Shown: positions 14,401-28,700, counted from the first letter of the stretch. The stretch: 64,000 nucleotides of DNA from Eledone cirrhosa (GCA_964016885.1 OZ024759.1:5642001-5706000); one strand, 5' to 3'. Program-made: numbers and translations. Notes: generated by a model not told the origin, from the sequence alone.

Positions 14401-15730
14401 AGTAACTCCACTGTTGGTGAGAATTCATTTAAGTTCATGGTATTAGCTGTCAGAAGGAACTCCAATGTTGGTGTGGTGAGAATTCATTTAAGTCATGGTA
14501 CTAGCTGTCAGAAGTAACTCCACTGTTGGTGAGAATTCATTTAAGTTCATGGTATTAGCTGTCAGAAGGAACGCCACTGTTGGTGAGAATTCATTTAAGT
14601 TCATGGTATTAGCTGTCAGAAGTAACTCCACTGTTGGTGAGAATTCATTTAAGTTCATGGTACTAGCTGTCAGAAGTAACTCCACTGTTGGTGAGAATTC
14701 ATTTAAGTTCATGGTACTAGCTGTCAGAAGTAACTCCAATGTTGGTGAGAATTCATTTAAGTTCATGGTATTAGCTGTCAGAAGTAACTCCACTGTTGGT
14801 GAGAATTCATTTAAGTCATGGTATTAGCTGTCAGAAGTAACTCCATTGTTGGTGAGAATTCATTTAAGTCATGGTACTAGCTGTCAGAAGTAACTCCACT
14901 GTTGGTGAGAATTCATTTAAGTTCATGGTATTAGTTTGTCAGAAGTAACTCCACTGTTGGTGAGAATTCATTTAAGTCATGGTATTAGTTGTCAGAAGTA
15001 ACTCCAATGTTGGTGAGAATTCATTTAAGTTCATGGTACTAGCTGTCAGAAGTAACTCCATTGTTGGTGAGAATTCATTTAAGTTCATGGTACTAGCTGT
15101 CAGAAGTAACTCCACTGTTGGTGAGAATTCATTTAAGTTCATGGTACTAGTTTGTCAGAAGTAACTCCACTGTTGGTGAGAATTCATTTAAGTCATGGTA
15201 CTAGCTGTCAGAAGTAACTCCAATGTTGGTGAGAATTCATTTAAGTTCATGGTATTAGCTGTCAGAAGGAACTCCACTGTTGGTGAGAATTCATTTAAGT
15301 TCATGGTATTAGCTGTCAGAAGTAACTCCACTGTTGGTGAGAATTCATTTAAGTTCATGGTACTAGCTGTCAGAAGTAACTCCAATGTTGGTGAGAATTC
15401 ATTTAAGTTCATGGTATTAGCTGTCAGAAGTAACTCCACTGTTGGTGAGAATTCATTTAAGTCATGGTATTAGATGTCAGAAGTAACTCCAATGTTGCTG
15501 AGAATTCATTTAAGTTCATGGTATTAGCTGTCAGAAGTAACTCCACTGTTGGTGAGAATTCATTTAAGTTCATGGTACTAGCTTACAGAAGTAACTACAC
15601 TGTTGATGAGAATTCATTTAAGTTCATGGTATTAGCTGTCAGAAGTAACTCCAATGTTGGTGAGAATTCATTTAAGTTCATGGTATTAGCTGTCAGAAGT
15701 AACTCCACTGTTGGTGAGAATTCATTTAAG
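11420..15730 (+). repeat. Higher-order repeat, 2159-bp period (40 monomers), two full tandem copies
   Basis: Matching blocks at 11469/13628, 11846/14005, 12336/14495, 12820/14979, 13036/15195 and 13305/15464. Confidence 0.88.
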
Positions 15731-18700
15731 TTCATGGTACTAGCTGTCAGAAGTAACTCCAATGTTGGTGAGAATTCATTTAAGTTCATGGTATTAGCTG
15801 TCAGAAGGAACTCCACTGTTGGTGAGAATTCATTTAAGTTCATGGTATTAGCTGTCAGAAGTAACTCCACTGTTGGTGAGAATTCATTTAAGTTCATGGT
15901 ACTAGCTGTCAGAAGTAACTCCAATGTTGGTGAGAATTCATTTAAGTTCATGGTATTAGCTGTCAGAAGTAACTCCACTGTTGGTGAGAATTCATTTAAG
16001 TCATGGTATTAGATGTCAGAAGTAACTCCAATGTTGCTGAGAATTCATTTAAGTTCATGGTATTAGCTGTCAGAAGTAACTCCACTGTTGGTGAGAATTC
16101 ATTTAAGTTCATGGTATTAGCTGTCAGAAGTAACTCCACTGTTGGTGAGAATTCATTTAAGTTCATGGTACTAGCTGTCAGAAGTAACTACACTGTTGGT
16201 GAGAATTCATTTAAGTTCATGGTATTAGCTGTCAGAAGTAACTCCAATGTTGGTGAGAATTCATTTAAGTTCATGGTATTAGCTGTCAGAAGTAACTCCA
16301 CTGTTGGTGAGAATTCATTTAAGTTCATGGTATTAGCTGTCAGAAGGAACGCCACTGTTGGTGAGAATTCATTTAAGTTCATGGTATTAGCTGTCAGAAG
16401 TAACTCCACTGTTGGTGAGAATTCATTTAAGTTCACGGTACTAGCTGTCAGAAGTAACTCCACTGTTGGTGAGAATTCATTTAAGTTCATGGTATTAGCT
16501 GTCAGAAGGAACTCCACTGTTGGTGAGAATTCATTTAAGTTCATGGTATTAGCTGTCAGAAGTAACTCCACTGTTGGTGAGAATTCATTTAAGTTCATGG
16601 TACTAGCTGTCAGAAGTAACTCCACTGTTGGTGAGAATTCATTTAAGTTCATGGTATTAGCTGTCAGAAGGAACTCCACTGTTGGTGAGAATTCATTTAA
16701 GTTCATGGTATTAGCTGTCAGAAGTAACTCCACTGTTGGTGAGAATTCATTTAAGTCATGGTATTAGCCGACAGAAGTAACTCCAATGTTGGTGAGAATT
16801 CATTTAAGTTCATGGTATTAGCTGTCAGAAGTAACTCCACTGTTGGTGAGAATTCATTTAAGTTCATGGTATTAGCTGTCAGAAGTAACTCCACTGTTGG
16901 TGAGAATTCATTTAAGTTCATGGTACTAGCTGTCAGAAGGAACTCCACTGTTGGTGAGAATTCATTTAAGTTCATGGTATTAGCTGTCAGAAGTAACTCC
17001 ACTGTTGGTGAGAATTCATTTAAGTCATGGTATTAGCCGTCAGAAGTAACTCCAATGTTGGTGAGAATTCATTTAAGTTCATGGTATTAGCTGTCAGAAG
17101 GAACGCCACTGTTGGTGAGAATTCATTTAAGTTCATGGTATTAGCTGTCAGAAGTAACTCCACTGTTGGTGAGAATTCATTTAAGTTCATGGTACTAGCT
17201 GTCAGAAGTAACTCCACTGTTGGTGAGAATTCATTTAAGTTCATGGTATTAGCTGTCAGAAGGAACTCCACTGTTGGTGAGAATTCATTTAAGTTCATGG
17301 TATTAGCTGTCAGAAGTAACTCCACTGTTGGTGAGAATTCATTTAAGTTCATGGTACTAGCTGCCAGAAGTAACTCCAATGTTGGTGAGAATTCATTTAA
17401 GTTCATGGTATTAGCTGTCAGAAGTAACTCCACTGTTGGTGAGAATTCATTTAAGTCATGGTATTAGCCGTCAGAAGTAACTCCAATGTTGGTGAGAATT
17501 CATTTAAGTTCATGGTATTAGCTGTCAGAAGTAACTCCACTGTTGGTGAGAATTCATTTAAGTTCATGGTACTAGCTGTCAGAAGTAACTACACTGTTGG
17601 TGAGAATTCATTTAAGTTCATGGTACTAGCTGTCAGAAGTAACTACACTGTTGGTGAGAATTCATTTAAGTCATGGTATTAGCCGTCAGAAGTAACTCCA
17701 ATGTTGGTGAGAATTCATTTAAGTTCATGGTATTAGCTGTCAGAAGGAACGCCACTGTTGGTGAGAATTCATTTAAGTTCATGGTATTAGCTGTCAGAAG
17801 TAACTCCACTGTTGGTGAGAATTCATTTAAGTTCATGGTACTAGCTGTCAGAAGTAACTCCACTGTTTGTGAGAATTCATTTAAGTTCATGGTATTAGCT
17901 GTCAGAAGTAACTCCACTGTTGGTGAGAATTCATTTAAGTTCATGGTACTAGCTGTCAGAAGTAACTCCAATGTTGGTGAGAATTCATTTAAGTTCATGG
18001 TATTAGCTGTCAGAAGGAACTCCACTGTTGGTGAGAATTCATTTAAGTTCATGGTATTAGCTGTCAGAAGTAACTCCACTGTTGGTGAGAATTCATTTAA
18101 GTTCATGGTACTAGCTGTCAGAAGTAACTCCAATGTTGGTGAGAATTCATTTAAGTTCATGGTATTAGCTGTCAGAAGTAACTCCACTGTTGGTGAGAAT
18201 TCATTTAAGTCATGGTATTAGATGTCAGAAGTAACTCCAATGTTGCTGAGAATTCATTTAAGTTCATGGTATTAGCTGTCAGAAGTAACTCCACTGTTGG
18301 TGAGAATTCATTTAAGTTCATGGTATTAGCTGTCAGAAGTAACTCCACTGTTGGTGAGAATTCATTTAAGTTCATGGTACTAGCTGTCAGAAGTAACTAC
18401 ACTGTTGGTGAGAATTCATTTAAGTTCATGGTATTAGCTGTCAGAAGTAACTCCAATGTTGGTGAGAATTCATTTAAGTTCATGGTATTAGCTGTCAGAA
18501 GTAACTCCACTGTTGGTGAGAATTCATTTAAGTTCATGGTATTAGCTGTCAGAAGGAACGCCACTGTTGGTGAGAATTCATTTAAGTTCATGGTATTAGC
18601 TGTCAGAAGTAACTCCACTGTTGGTGAGAATTCATTTAAGTTCACGGTACTAGCTGTCAGAAGTAACTCCACTGTTGGTGAGAATTCATTTAAGTTCATG

Positions 18701-21700
18701 GTATTAGCTGTCAGAAGGAACTCCACTGTTGGTGAGAATTCATTTAAGTTCATGGTATTAGCTGTCAGAAGTAACTCCACTGTTGGTGAGAATTCATTTA
18801 AGTTCATGGTACTAGCTGTCAGAAGTAACTCCAATGTTGGTGAGAATTCATTTAAGTTCATGGTATTAGCTGTCAGAAGTAACTCCACTGTTGGTGAGAA
18901 TTCATTTAAGTCATGGTATTAGCCGACAGAAGTAACTCCAATGTTGGTGAGAATTCATTTAAGTTCATGGTATTAGCTGTCAGAAGTAACTCCACTGTTG
19001 GTGAGAATTCATTTAAGTTCATGGTATTAGCTGTCAGAAGTAACTCCACTGTTGGTGAGAATTCATTTAAGTTCATGGTACTAGCTGTCAGAAGGAACTC
19101 CACTGTTGGTGAGAATTCATTTAAGTTCATGGTATTAGCTGTCAGAAGTAACTCCACTGTTGGTGAGAATTCATTTAAGTCATGGTATTAGCCGTCAGAA
19201 GTAACTCCAATGTTGGTGAGAATTCATTTAAGTTCATGGTATTAGCTGTCAGAAGGAACGCCACTGTTGGTGAGAATTCATTTAAGTTCATGGTATTAGC
19301 TGTCAGAAGTAACTCCACTGTTGGTGAGAATTCATTTAAGTTCATGGTACTAGCTGTCAGAAGTAACTCCACTGTTGGTGAGAATTCATTTAAGTTCATG
19401 GTATTAGCTGTCAGAAGGAACTCCACTGTTGGTGAGAATTCATTTAAGTTCATGGTATTAGCTGTCAGAAGTAACTCCACTGTTGGTGAGAATTCATTTA
19501 AGTTCATGGTACTAGCTGCCAGAAGTAACTCCAATGTTGGTGAGAATTCATTTAAGTTCATGGTATTAGCTGTCAGAAGTAACTCCACTGTTGGTGAGAA
19601 TTCATTTAAGTCATGGTATTAGCCGTCAGAAGTAACTCCAATGTTGGTGAGAATTCATTTAAGTTCATGGTATTAGCTGTCAGAAGTAACTCCACTGTTG
19701 GTGAGAATTCATTTAAGTTCATGGTACTAGCTGTCAGAAGTAACTACACTGTTGGTGAGAATTCATTTAAGTTCATGGTACTAGCTGTCAGAAGTAACTA
19801 CACTGTTGGTGAGAATTCATTTAAGTCATGGTATTAGCCGTCAGAAGTAACTCCAATGTTGGTGAGAATTCATTTAAGTTCATGGTATTAGCTGTCAGAA
19901 GGAACGCCACTGTTGGTGAGAATTCATTTAAGTTCATGGTATTAGCTGTCAGAAGTAACTCCACTGTTGGTGAGAATTCATTTAAGTTCATGGTACTAGC
20001 TGTCAGAAGTAACTCCACTGTTTGTGAGAATTCATTTAAGTTCATGGTATTAGCTGTCAGAAGTAACTCCACTGTTGGTGAGAATTCATTTAAGTTCATG
20101 GTACTAGCTGTCAGAAGTAACTCCAATGTTGGTGAGAATTCATTTAAGTTCATGGTATTAGCTGTCAGAAGTAACTCCACTGTTGGTGAGAATTCATTTA
20201 AGTCATGGTATTAGATGTCAGAAGTAACTCCAATGTTGCTGAGAATTCATTTAAGTTCATGGTATTAGCTGTCAGAAGTAACTCCACTGTTGGTGAGAAT
20301 TCATTTAAGTTCATGGTATTAGCTGTCAGAAGTAACTCCACTGTTGGTGAGAATTCATTTAAGTTCATGGTACTAGCTGTCAGAAGTAACTACACTGTTG
20401 GTGAGAATTCATTTAAGTTCATGGTATTAGCTGTCAGAAGTAACTCCAATGTTGGTGAGAATTCATTTAAGTTCATGGTATTAGCTGTCAGAAGTAACTC
20501 CACTGTTGGTGAGAATTCATTTAAGTTCATGGTACTAGTTTGTCAGAAGTAACTCCACTGTTGGTGAGAATTCATTTAAGTCATGGTACTAGCTGTCAGA
20601 AGTAACTCCAATGTTGGTGAGAATTCATTTAAGTTCATGGTATTAGCTGTCAGAAGGAACTCCACTGTTGGTGAGAATTCATTTAAGTTCATGGTATTAG
20701 CTGTCAGAAGTAACTCCACTGTTGGTGAGAATTCATTTAAGTTCATGGTACTAGCTGTCAGAAGTAACTCCAATGTTGGTGAGAATTCATTTAAGTTCAT
20801 GGTATTAGCTGTCAGAAGTAACTCCACTGTTGGTGAGAATTCATTTAAGTCATGGTATTAGATGTCAGAAGTAACTCCAATGTTGCTGAGAATTCATTTA
20901 AGTTCATGGTATTAGCTGTCAGAAGTAACTCCACTGTTGGTGAGAATTCATTTAAGTTCATGGTACTAGCTTACAGAAGTAACTACACTGTTGATGAGAA
21001 TTCATTTAAGTTCATGGTATTAGCTGTCAGAAGTAACTCCAATGTTGGTGAGAATTCATTTAAGTTCATGGTATTAGCTGTCAGAAGTAACTCCACTGTT
21101 GGTGAGAATTCATTTAAGTTCATGGTACTAGCTGTCAGAAGTAACTCCAATGTTGGTGAGAATTCATTTAAGTTCATGGTATTAGCTGTCAGAAGGAACT
21201 CCACTGTTGGTGAGAATTCATTTAAGTTCATGGTATTAGCTGTCAGAAGTAACTCCACTGTTGGTGAGAATTCATTTAAGTTCATGGTACTAGCTGTCAG
21301 AAGTAACTCCAATGTTGGTGAGAATTCATTTAAGTTCATGGTATTAGCTGTCAGAAGTAACTCCACTGTTGGTGAGAATTCATTTAAGTCATGGTATTAG
21401 ATGTCAGAAGTAACTCCAATGTTGCTGAGAATTCATTTAAGTTCATGGTATTAGCTGTCAGAAGTAACTCCACTGTTGGTGAGAATTCATTTAAGTTCAT
21501 GGTATTAGCTGTCAGAAGTAACTCCACTGTTGGTGAGAATTCATTTAAGTTCATGGTACTAGCTGTCAGAAGTAACTACACTGTTGGTGAGAATTCATTT
21601 AAGTTCATGGTATTAGCTGTCAGAAGTAACTCCAATGTTGGTGAGAATTCATTTAAGTTCATGGTATTAGCTGTCAGAAGTAACTCCACTGTTGGTGAGA

Positions 21701-22010
21701 ATTCATTTAAGTTCATGGTATTAGCTGTCAGAAGGAACGCCACTGTTGGTGAGAATTCATTTAAGTTCATGGTATTAGCTGTCAGAAGTAACTCCACTGT
21801 TGGTGAGAATTCATTTAAGTTCACGGTACTAGCTGTCAGAAGTAACTCCACTGTTGGTGAGAATTCATTTAAGTTCATGGTATTAGCTGTCAGAAGGAAC
21901 TCCACTGTTGGTGAGAATTCATTTAAGTTCATGGTATTAGCTGTCAGAAGTAACTCCACTGTTGGTGAGAATTCATTTAAGTTCATGGTACTAGCTGTCA
22001 GAAGTAACTC
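15130..22010 (+). repeat. Duplication with 5388-bp offset (100 monomers) spanning the domain junction
   Basis: Matching blocks at 15195/20583, 15464/20852 and 16003/21391. The GCTTACAG...TACACTGTTGATG monomer reappears at ~15580 and ~20968. Confidence 0.8.
16000..20150 (+). repeat. Tandem duplication, ~2155-bp period (40 monomers), different variant set from the 2159-bp unit
   Basis: Matching blocks at 16758/18913, 17027/19182, 17458/19613 and 17673/19828. Markers are GCCGAC, GCTGCC, paired TAC monomers and GTTTGTGAG. Blocks 16003/18212 are offset by one extra monomer (2209). Confidence 0.85.
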
Positions 22011-22789
22011 CAATGTTGGTGAGAATTCATTTAAGTTCATGGTATTAGCTGTCAGAAGTAACTCCACTGTTGGTGAGAATTCATTTAAGTCATGGTATTA
22101 GCCGACAGAAGTAACTCCAATGTTGGTGAGAATTCATTTAAGTTCATGGTATTAGCTGTCAGAAGTAACTCCACTGTTGGTGAGAATTCATTTAAGTTCA
22201 TGGTATTAGCTGTCAGAAGTAACTCCACTGTTGGTGAGAATTCATTTAAGTTCATGGTACTAGCTGTCAGAAGGAACTCCACTGTTGGTGAGAATTCATT
22301 TAAGTTCATGGTATTAGCTGTCAGAAGTAACTCCACTGTTGGTGAGAATTCATTTAAGTCATGGTATTAGCCGTCAGAAGTAACTCCAATGTTGGTGAGA
22401 ATTCATTTAAGTTCATGGTATTAGCTGTCAGAAGGAACGCCACTGTTGGTGAGAATTCATTTAAGTTCATGGTATTAGCTGTCAGAAGTAACTCCACTGT
22501 TGGTGAGAATTCATTTAAGTTCATGGTACTAGCTGTCAGAAGTAACTCCACTGTTGGTGAGAATTCATTTAAGTTCATGGTATTAGCTGTCAGAAGGAAC
22601 TCCACTGTTGGTGAGAATTCATTTAAGTTCATGGTATTAGCTGTCAGAAGTAACTCCACTGTTGGTGAGAATTCATTTAAGTTCATGGTACTAGCTGTCA
22701 GAAGGAACTCCACTGTTGGTGAGAATTCATTTAAGTTCATGGTATTAGCTGTCAGAAGTAACTCCACTGTTGGTGAGAATTCATTTAAG

Positions 22790-25700
22790 TCATGGTATTA
22801 GCCGTCAGAAGTAACTCCAATGTTGGTGAGAATTCATTTAAGTTCATGGTATTAGCTGTCAGAAGGAACGCCACTGTTGGTGAGAATTCATTTAAGTTCA
22901 TGGTATTAGCTGTCAGAAGTAACTCCACTGTTGGTGAGAATTCATTTAAGTTCATGGTACTAGCTGTCAGAAGTAACTCCACTGTTGGTGAGAATTCATT
23001 TAAGTTCATGGTATTAGCTGTCAGAAGGAACTCCACTGTTGGTGAGAATTCATTTAAGTTCATGGTATTAGCTGTCAGAAGTAACTCCACTGTTGGTGAG
23101 AATTCATTTAAGTTCATGGTACTAGCTGCCAGAAGTAACTCCAATGTTGGTGAGAATTCATTTAAGTTCATGGTATTAGCTGTCAGAAGTAACTCCACTG
23201 TTGGTGAGAATTCATTTAAGTCATGGTATTAGCCGTCAGAAGTAACTCCAATGTTGGTGAGAATTCATTTAAGTTCATGGTATTAGCTGTCAGAAGTAAC
23301 TCCACTGTTGGTGAGAATTCATTTAAGTTCATGGTACTAGCTGTCAGAAGTAACTACACTGTTGGTGAGAATTCATTTAAGTTCATGGTACTAGCTGTCA
23401 GAAGTAACTACACTGTTGGTGAGAATTCATTTAAGTCATGGTATTAGCCGTCAGAAGTAACTCCAATGTTGGTGAGAATTCATTTAAGTTCATGGTATTA
23501 GCTGTCAGAAGGAACGCCACTGTTGGTGAGAATTCATTTAAGTTCATGGTATTAGCTGTCAGAAGTAACTCCTCTGTTGGTGAGAATTCATTTAAGTTCA
23601 TGGTACTAGCTGTCAGAAGTAACTCCACTGTTTGTGAGAATTCATTTAAGTTCATGGTATTAGCTGTCAGAAGTAACTCCACTGTTGGTGAGAATTCATT
23701 TAAGTTCATGGTACTAGCTGTCAGAAGTAACTCCAATGTTGGTGAGAATTCATTTAAGTTCATGGTATTAGCTGTCAGAAGTAACTCCACTGTTGGTGAG
23801 AATTCATTTAAGTCATGGTATTAGATGTCAGAAGTAACTCCAATGTTGCTGAGAATTCATTTAAGTTCATGGTATTAGCTGTCAGAAGTAACTCCACTGT
23901 TGGTGAGAATTCATTTAAGTTCATGGTATTAGCTGTCAGAAGTAACTCCACTGTTGGTGAGAATTCATTTAAGTTCATGGTACTAGCTGTCAGAAGTAAC
24001 TACACTGTTGGTGAGAATTCATTTAAGTTCATGGTATTAGCTGTCAGAAGTAACTCCAATGTTGGTGAGAATTCATTTAAGTTCATGGTATTAGCTGTCA
24101 GAAGTAACTCCACTGTTGGTGAGAATTCATTTAAGTTCATGGTATTAGCTGTCAGAAGGAACGCCACTGTTGGTGAGAATTCATTTAAGTTCATGGTATT
24201 AGCTGTCAGAAGTAACTCCACTGTTGGTGAGAATTCATTTAAGTTCATGGTACTAGCTGTCAGAAGTAACTCCACTGTTGGTGAGAATTCATTTAAGTTC
24301 ATGGTATTAGCTGTCAGAAGGAACTCCACTGTTGGTGAGAATTCATTTAAGTTCATGGTATTAGCTGTCAGAAGTAACTCCACTGTTGGTGAGAATTCAT
24401 TTAAGTTCATGGTACTAGCTGTCAGAAGTAACTCCAATGTTGGTGAGAATTCATTTAAGTTCATGGTATTAGCTGTCAGAAGTAACTCCACTGTTGGTGA
24501 GAATTCATTTAAGTCATGGTATTAGCCGACAGAAGTAACTCCAATGTTGGTGAGAATTCATTTAAGTTCATGGTATTAGCTGTCAGAAGTAACTCCACTG
24601 TTGGTGAGAATTCATTTAAGTTCATGGTATTAGCTGTCAGAAGTAACTCCACTGTTGGTGAGAATTCATTTAAGTTCATGGTACTAGCTGTCAGAAGGAA
24701 CTCCACTGTTGGTGAGAATTCATTTAAGTTCATGGTATTAGCTGTCAGAAGTAACTCCACTGTTGGTGAGAATTCATTTAAGTCATGGTATTAGCCGTCA
24801 GAAGTAACTCCAATGTTGGTGAGAATTCATTTAAGTTCATGGTATTAGCTGTCAGAAGGAACGCCACTGTTGGTGAGAATTCATTTAAGTTCATGGTATT
24901 AGCTGTCAGAAGTAACTCCACTGTTGGTGAGAATTCATTTAAGTTCATGGTACTAGCTGTCAGAAGTAACTCCACTGTTGGTGAGAATTCATTTAAGTTC
25001 ATGGTATTAGCTGTCAGAAGGAACTCCACTGTTGGTGAGAATTCATTTAAGTTCATGGTATTAGCTGTCAGAAGGAACTCCAATGTTGGTGAGAATTCAT
25101 TTAAGTCATGGTACTAGCTGTCAGAAGTAACTCCACTGTTGGTGAGAATTCATTTAAGTTCATGGTATTAGCTGTCAGAAGGAACGCCACTGTTGATGAG
25201 AATTCATTTAAGTTCATGGTATTAGCTGTCAGAAGTAACTCCACTGTTGGTGAGAATTCATTTAAGTTCATGGTACTAGCTGTCAGAAGTAACTCCAATG
25301 TTGGTGAGAATTCATTTAAGTTCATGGTATTAGCTGTCAGAAGGAACTCCACTGTTGGTGAGAATTCATTTAAGTTCATGGTATTAGCTGTCAGAAGTAA
25401 CTCCACTGTTGGTGAGAATTCATTTAAGTTCATGGTACTAGCTGTCAGAAGTAACTGCAATGTTGGTGAGAATTCATTTAAGTTCATGGTACTAGCTGTC
25501 AGAAGTAACTACACTGTTGGTGAGAATTCATTTAAGTTCATGGTATTAGCTGTCAGAAGTAACTCCAATGTTGGTGAGAATTCATTTAAGTTCATGGTAT
25601 TAGCTGTCAGAAGTAACTCCACTGTTGGTGAGAATTCATTTAAGTTCATGGTATTAGCTGTCAGAAGGAACTCCACTGTTGGTGAGAATTCATTTAAGTT

Positions 25701-28700
25701 CATGGTATTAGCTGTCAGAAGTAACTCCACTGTTGGTGAGAATTCATTTAAGTTCATGGTACTAGCTGTCAGAAGTAACTCCAATGTTGGTGAGAATTCA
25801 TTTAAGTTCATGGTATTAGCTGTCAGAAGTAACTCCACTGTTGGTGAGAATTCATTTAAGTCATGGTATTAGCCGACAGAAGTAACTCCAATGTTGGTGA
25901 GAATTCATTTAAGTTCATGGTATTAGCTGTCAGAAGTAACTCCACTGTTGGTGAGAATTCATTTAAGTTCATGGTATTAGCTGTCAGAAGTAACTCCACT
26001 GTTGGTGAGAATTCATTTAAGTTCATGGTACTAGCTGTCAGAAGGAACTCCACTGTTGGTGAGAATTCATTTAAGTTCATGGTATTAGCTGTCAGAAGTA
26101 ACTCCACTGTTGGTGAGAATTCATTTAAGTCATGGTATTAGCCGTCAGAAGTAACTCCAATGTTGGTGAGAATTCATTTAAGTTCATGGTATTAGCTGTC
26201 AGAAGGAACGCCACTGTTGGTGAGAATTCATTTAAGTTCATGGTATTAGCTGTCAGAAGTAACTCCACTGTTGGTGAGAATTCATTTAAGTTCATGGTAC
26301 TAGCTGTCAGAAGTAACTCCACTGTTGGTGAGAATTCATTTAAGTTCATGGTATTAGCTGTCAGAAGGAACTCCACTGTTGGTGAGAATTCATTTAAGTT
26401 CATGGTATTAGCTGTCAGAAGTAACTCCACTGTTGGTGAGAATTCATTTAAGTTCATGGTACTAGCTGCCAGAAGTAACTCCAATGTTGGTGAGAATTCA
26501 TTTAAGTTCATGGTATTAGCTGTCAGAAGTAACTCCACTGTTGGTGAGAATTCATTTAAGTCATGGTATTAGCCGTCAGAAGTAACTCCAATGTTGGTGA
26601 GAATTCATTTAAGTTCATGGTATTAGCTGTCAGAAGTAACTCCACTGTTGGTGAGAATTCATTTAAGTTCATGGTACTAGCTGTCAGAAGTAACTACACT
26701 GTTGGTGAGAATTCATTTAAGTTCATGGTACTAGCTGTCAGAAGTAACTACACTGTTGGTGAGAATTCATTTAAGTCATGGTATTAGCCGTCAGAAGTAA
26801 CTCCAATGTTGGTGAGAATTCATTTAAGTTCATGGTATTAGCTGTCAGAAGGAACGCCACTGTTGGTGAGAATTCATTTAAGTTCATGGTATTAGCTGTC
26901 AGAAGTAATTCCACTGTTGGTGAGAATTCATTTAAGTTCATGGTACTAGCTGTCAGAAGTAACTCCACTGTTTGTGAGAATTCATTTAAGTTCATGGTAT
27001 TAGCTGTCAGAAGTAACTCCACTGTTGGTGAGAATTCATTTAAGTTCATGGTACTAGCTGTCAGAAGTAACTCCAATGTTGGTGAGAATTCATTTAAGTT
27101 CATGGTATTAGCTGTCAGAAGTAACTCCACTGTTGGTGAGAATTCATTTAAGTCATGGTATTAGATGTCAGAAGTAACTCCAATGTTGCTGAGAATTCAT
27201 TTAAGTTCATGGTATTAGCTGTCAGAAGTAACTCCACTGTTGGTGAGAATTCATTTAAGTTCATGGTATTAGCTGTCAGAAGTAACTCCACTGTTGGTGA
27301 GAATTCATTTAAGTTCATGGTACTAGCTGTCAGAAGTAACTACACTGTTGGTGAGAATTCATTTAAGTTCATGGTATTAGCTGTCAGAAGTAACTCCAAT
27401 GTTGGTGAGAATTCATTTAAGTTCATGGTATTAGCTGTCAGAAGTAACTCCACTGTTGGTGAGAATTCATTTAAGTTCATGGTATTAGCTGTCAGAAGGA
27501 ACGCCACTGTTGGTGAGAATTCATTTAAGTTCATGGTATTAGCTGTCAGAAGTAACTCCACTGTTGGTGAGAATTCATTTAAGTTCATGGTACTAGCTGT
27601 CAGAAGTAACTCCACTGTTGGTGAGAATTCATTTAAGTTCATGGTATTAGCTGTCAGAAGGAACTCCACTGTTGGTGAGAATTCATTTAAGTTCATGGTA
27701 TTAGCTGTCAGAAGTAACTCCACTGTTGGTGAGAATTCATTTAAGTTCACGGTACTAGCTGTCAGAAGTAACTCCAATGTTGGTGAGAATTCATTTAAGT
27801 TCATGGTATTAGCTGTCAGAAGTAACTCCACTGTTGGTGAGAATTCATTTAAGTCATGGTATTAGCCGACAGAAGTAACTCCAATGTTGGTGAGAATTCA
27901 TTTAAGTTCATGGTATTAGCTGTCAGAAGTAACTCCACTGTTGGTGAGAATTCATTTAAGTTCATGGTATTAGCTGTCAGAAGTAACTCCACTGTTGGTG
28001 AGAATTCATTTAAGTTCATGGTACTAGCTGTCAGAAGGAACTCCACTGTTGGTGAGAATTCATTTAAGTTCATGGTATTAGCTGTCAGAAGTAACTCCAC
28101 TGTTGGTGAGAATTCATTTAAGTCATGGTATTAGCCGTCAGAAGTAACTCCAATGTTGGTGAGAATTCATTTAAGTTCATGGTATTAGCTGTCAGAAGGA
28201 ACGCCACTGTTGGTGAGAATTCATTTAAGTTCATGGTATTAGCTGTCAGAAGTAACTCCACTGTTGGTGAGAATTCATTTAAGTTCATGGTACTAGCTGT
28301 CAGAAGTAACTCCACTGTTGGTGAGAATTCATTTAAGTTCATGATATTAGTTTGTCAGAAGTAACTCCACTGTTGGTGAGAATTCATTTAAGTCATGGTA
28401 TTAGTTGTCAGAAGTAACTCCAATGTTGGTGAGAATTCATTTAAGTTCATGGTATTAGCTGTCAGAAGTAACTCCACTGTTGGTGAGAATTCATTTAAGT
28501 TCATTGTATTAGCTGTCAGAAGGAACTCCAATGTTGGTGAGAATTCATTTAAGTCATGGTACTAGCTGTCAGAAGTAACTCCACTGTTGGTGAGAATTCA
28601 TTTAAGTTCATGGTATTAGCTGTCAGAAGGAACGCCACTGTTGATGAGAATTCATTTAAGTTCATGGTATTAGCTGTCAGAAGTAACTCCACTGTTGGTG

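Larger units (their letters stand above)
2640..14970 (+). repeat. Long-range duplication, 7720-bp offset (4695-bp unit plus the internal 3025-bp duplication)
   Basis: Matching blocks at 2995/10715, 3318/11038, 3749/11469, 4126/11846, 4616/12336, 5585/13305 and 6775/14495. The private marker TTAGTTCACGG occurs only at ~4500 and ~12220. Confidence 0.85.
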
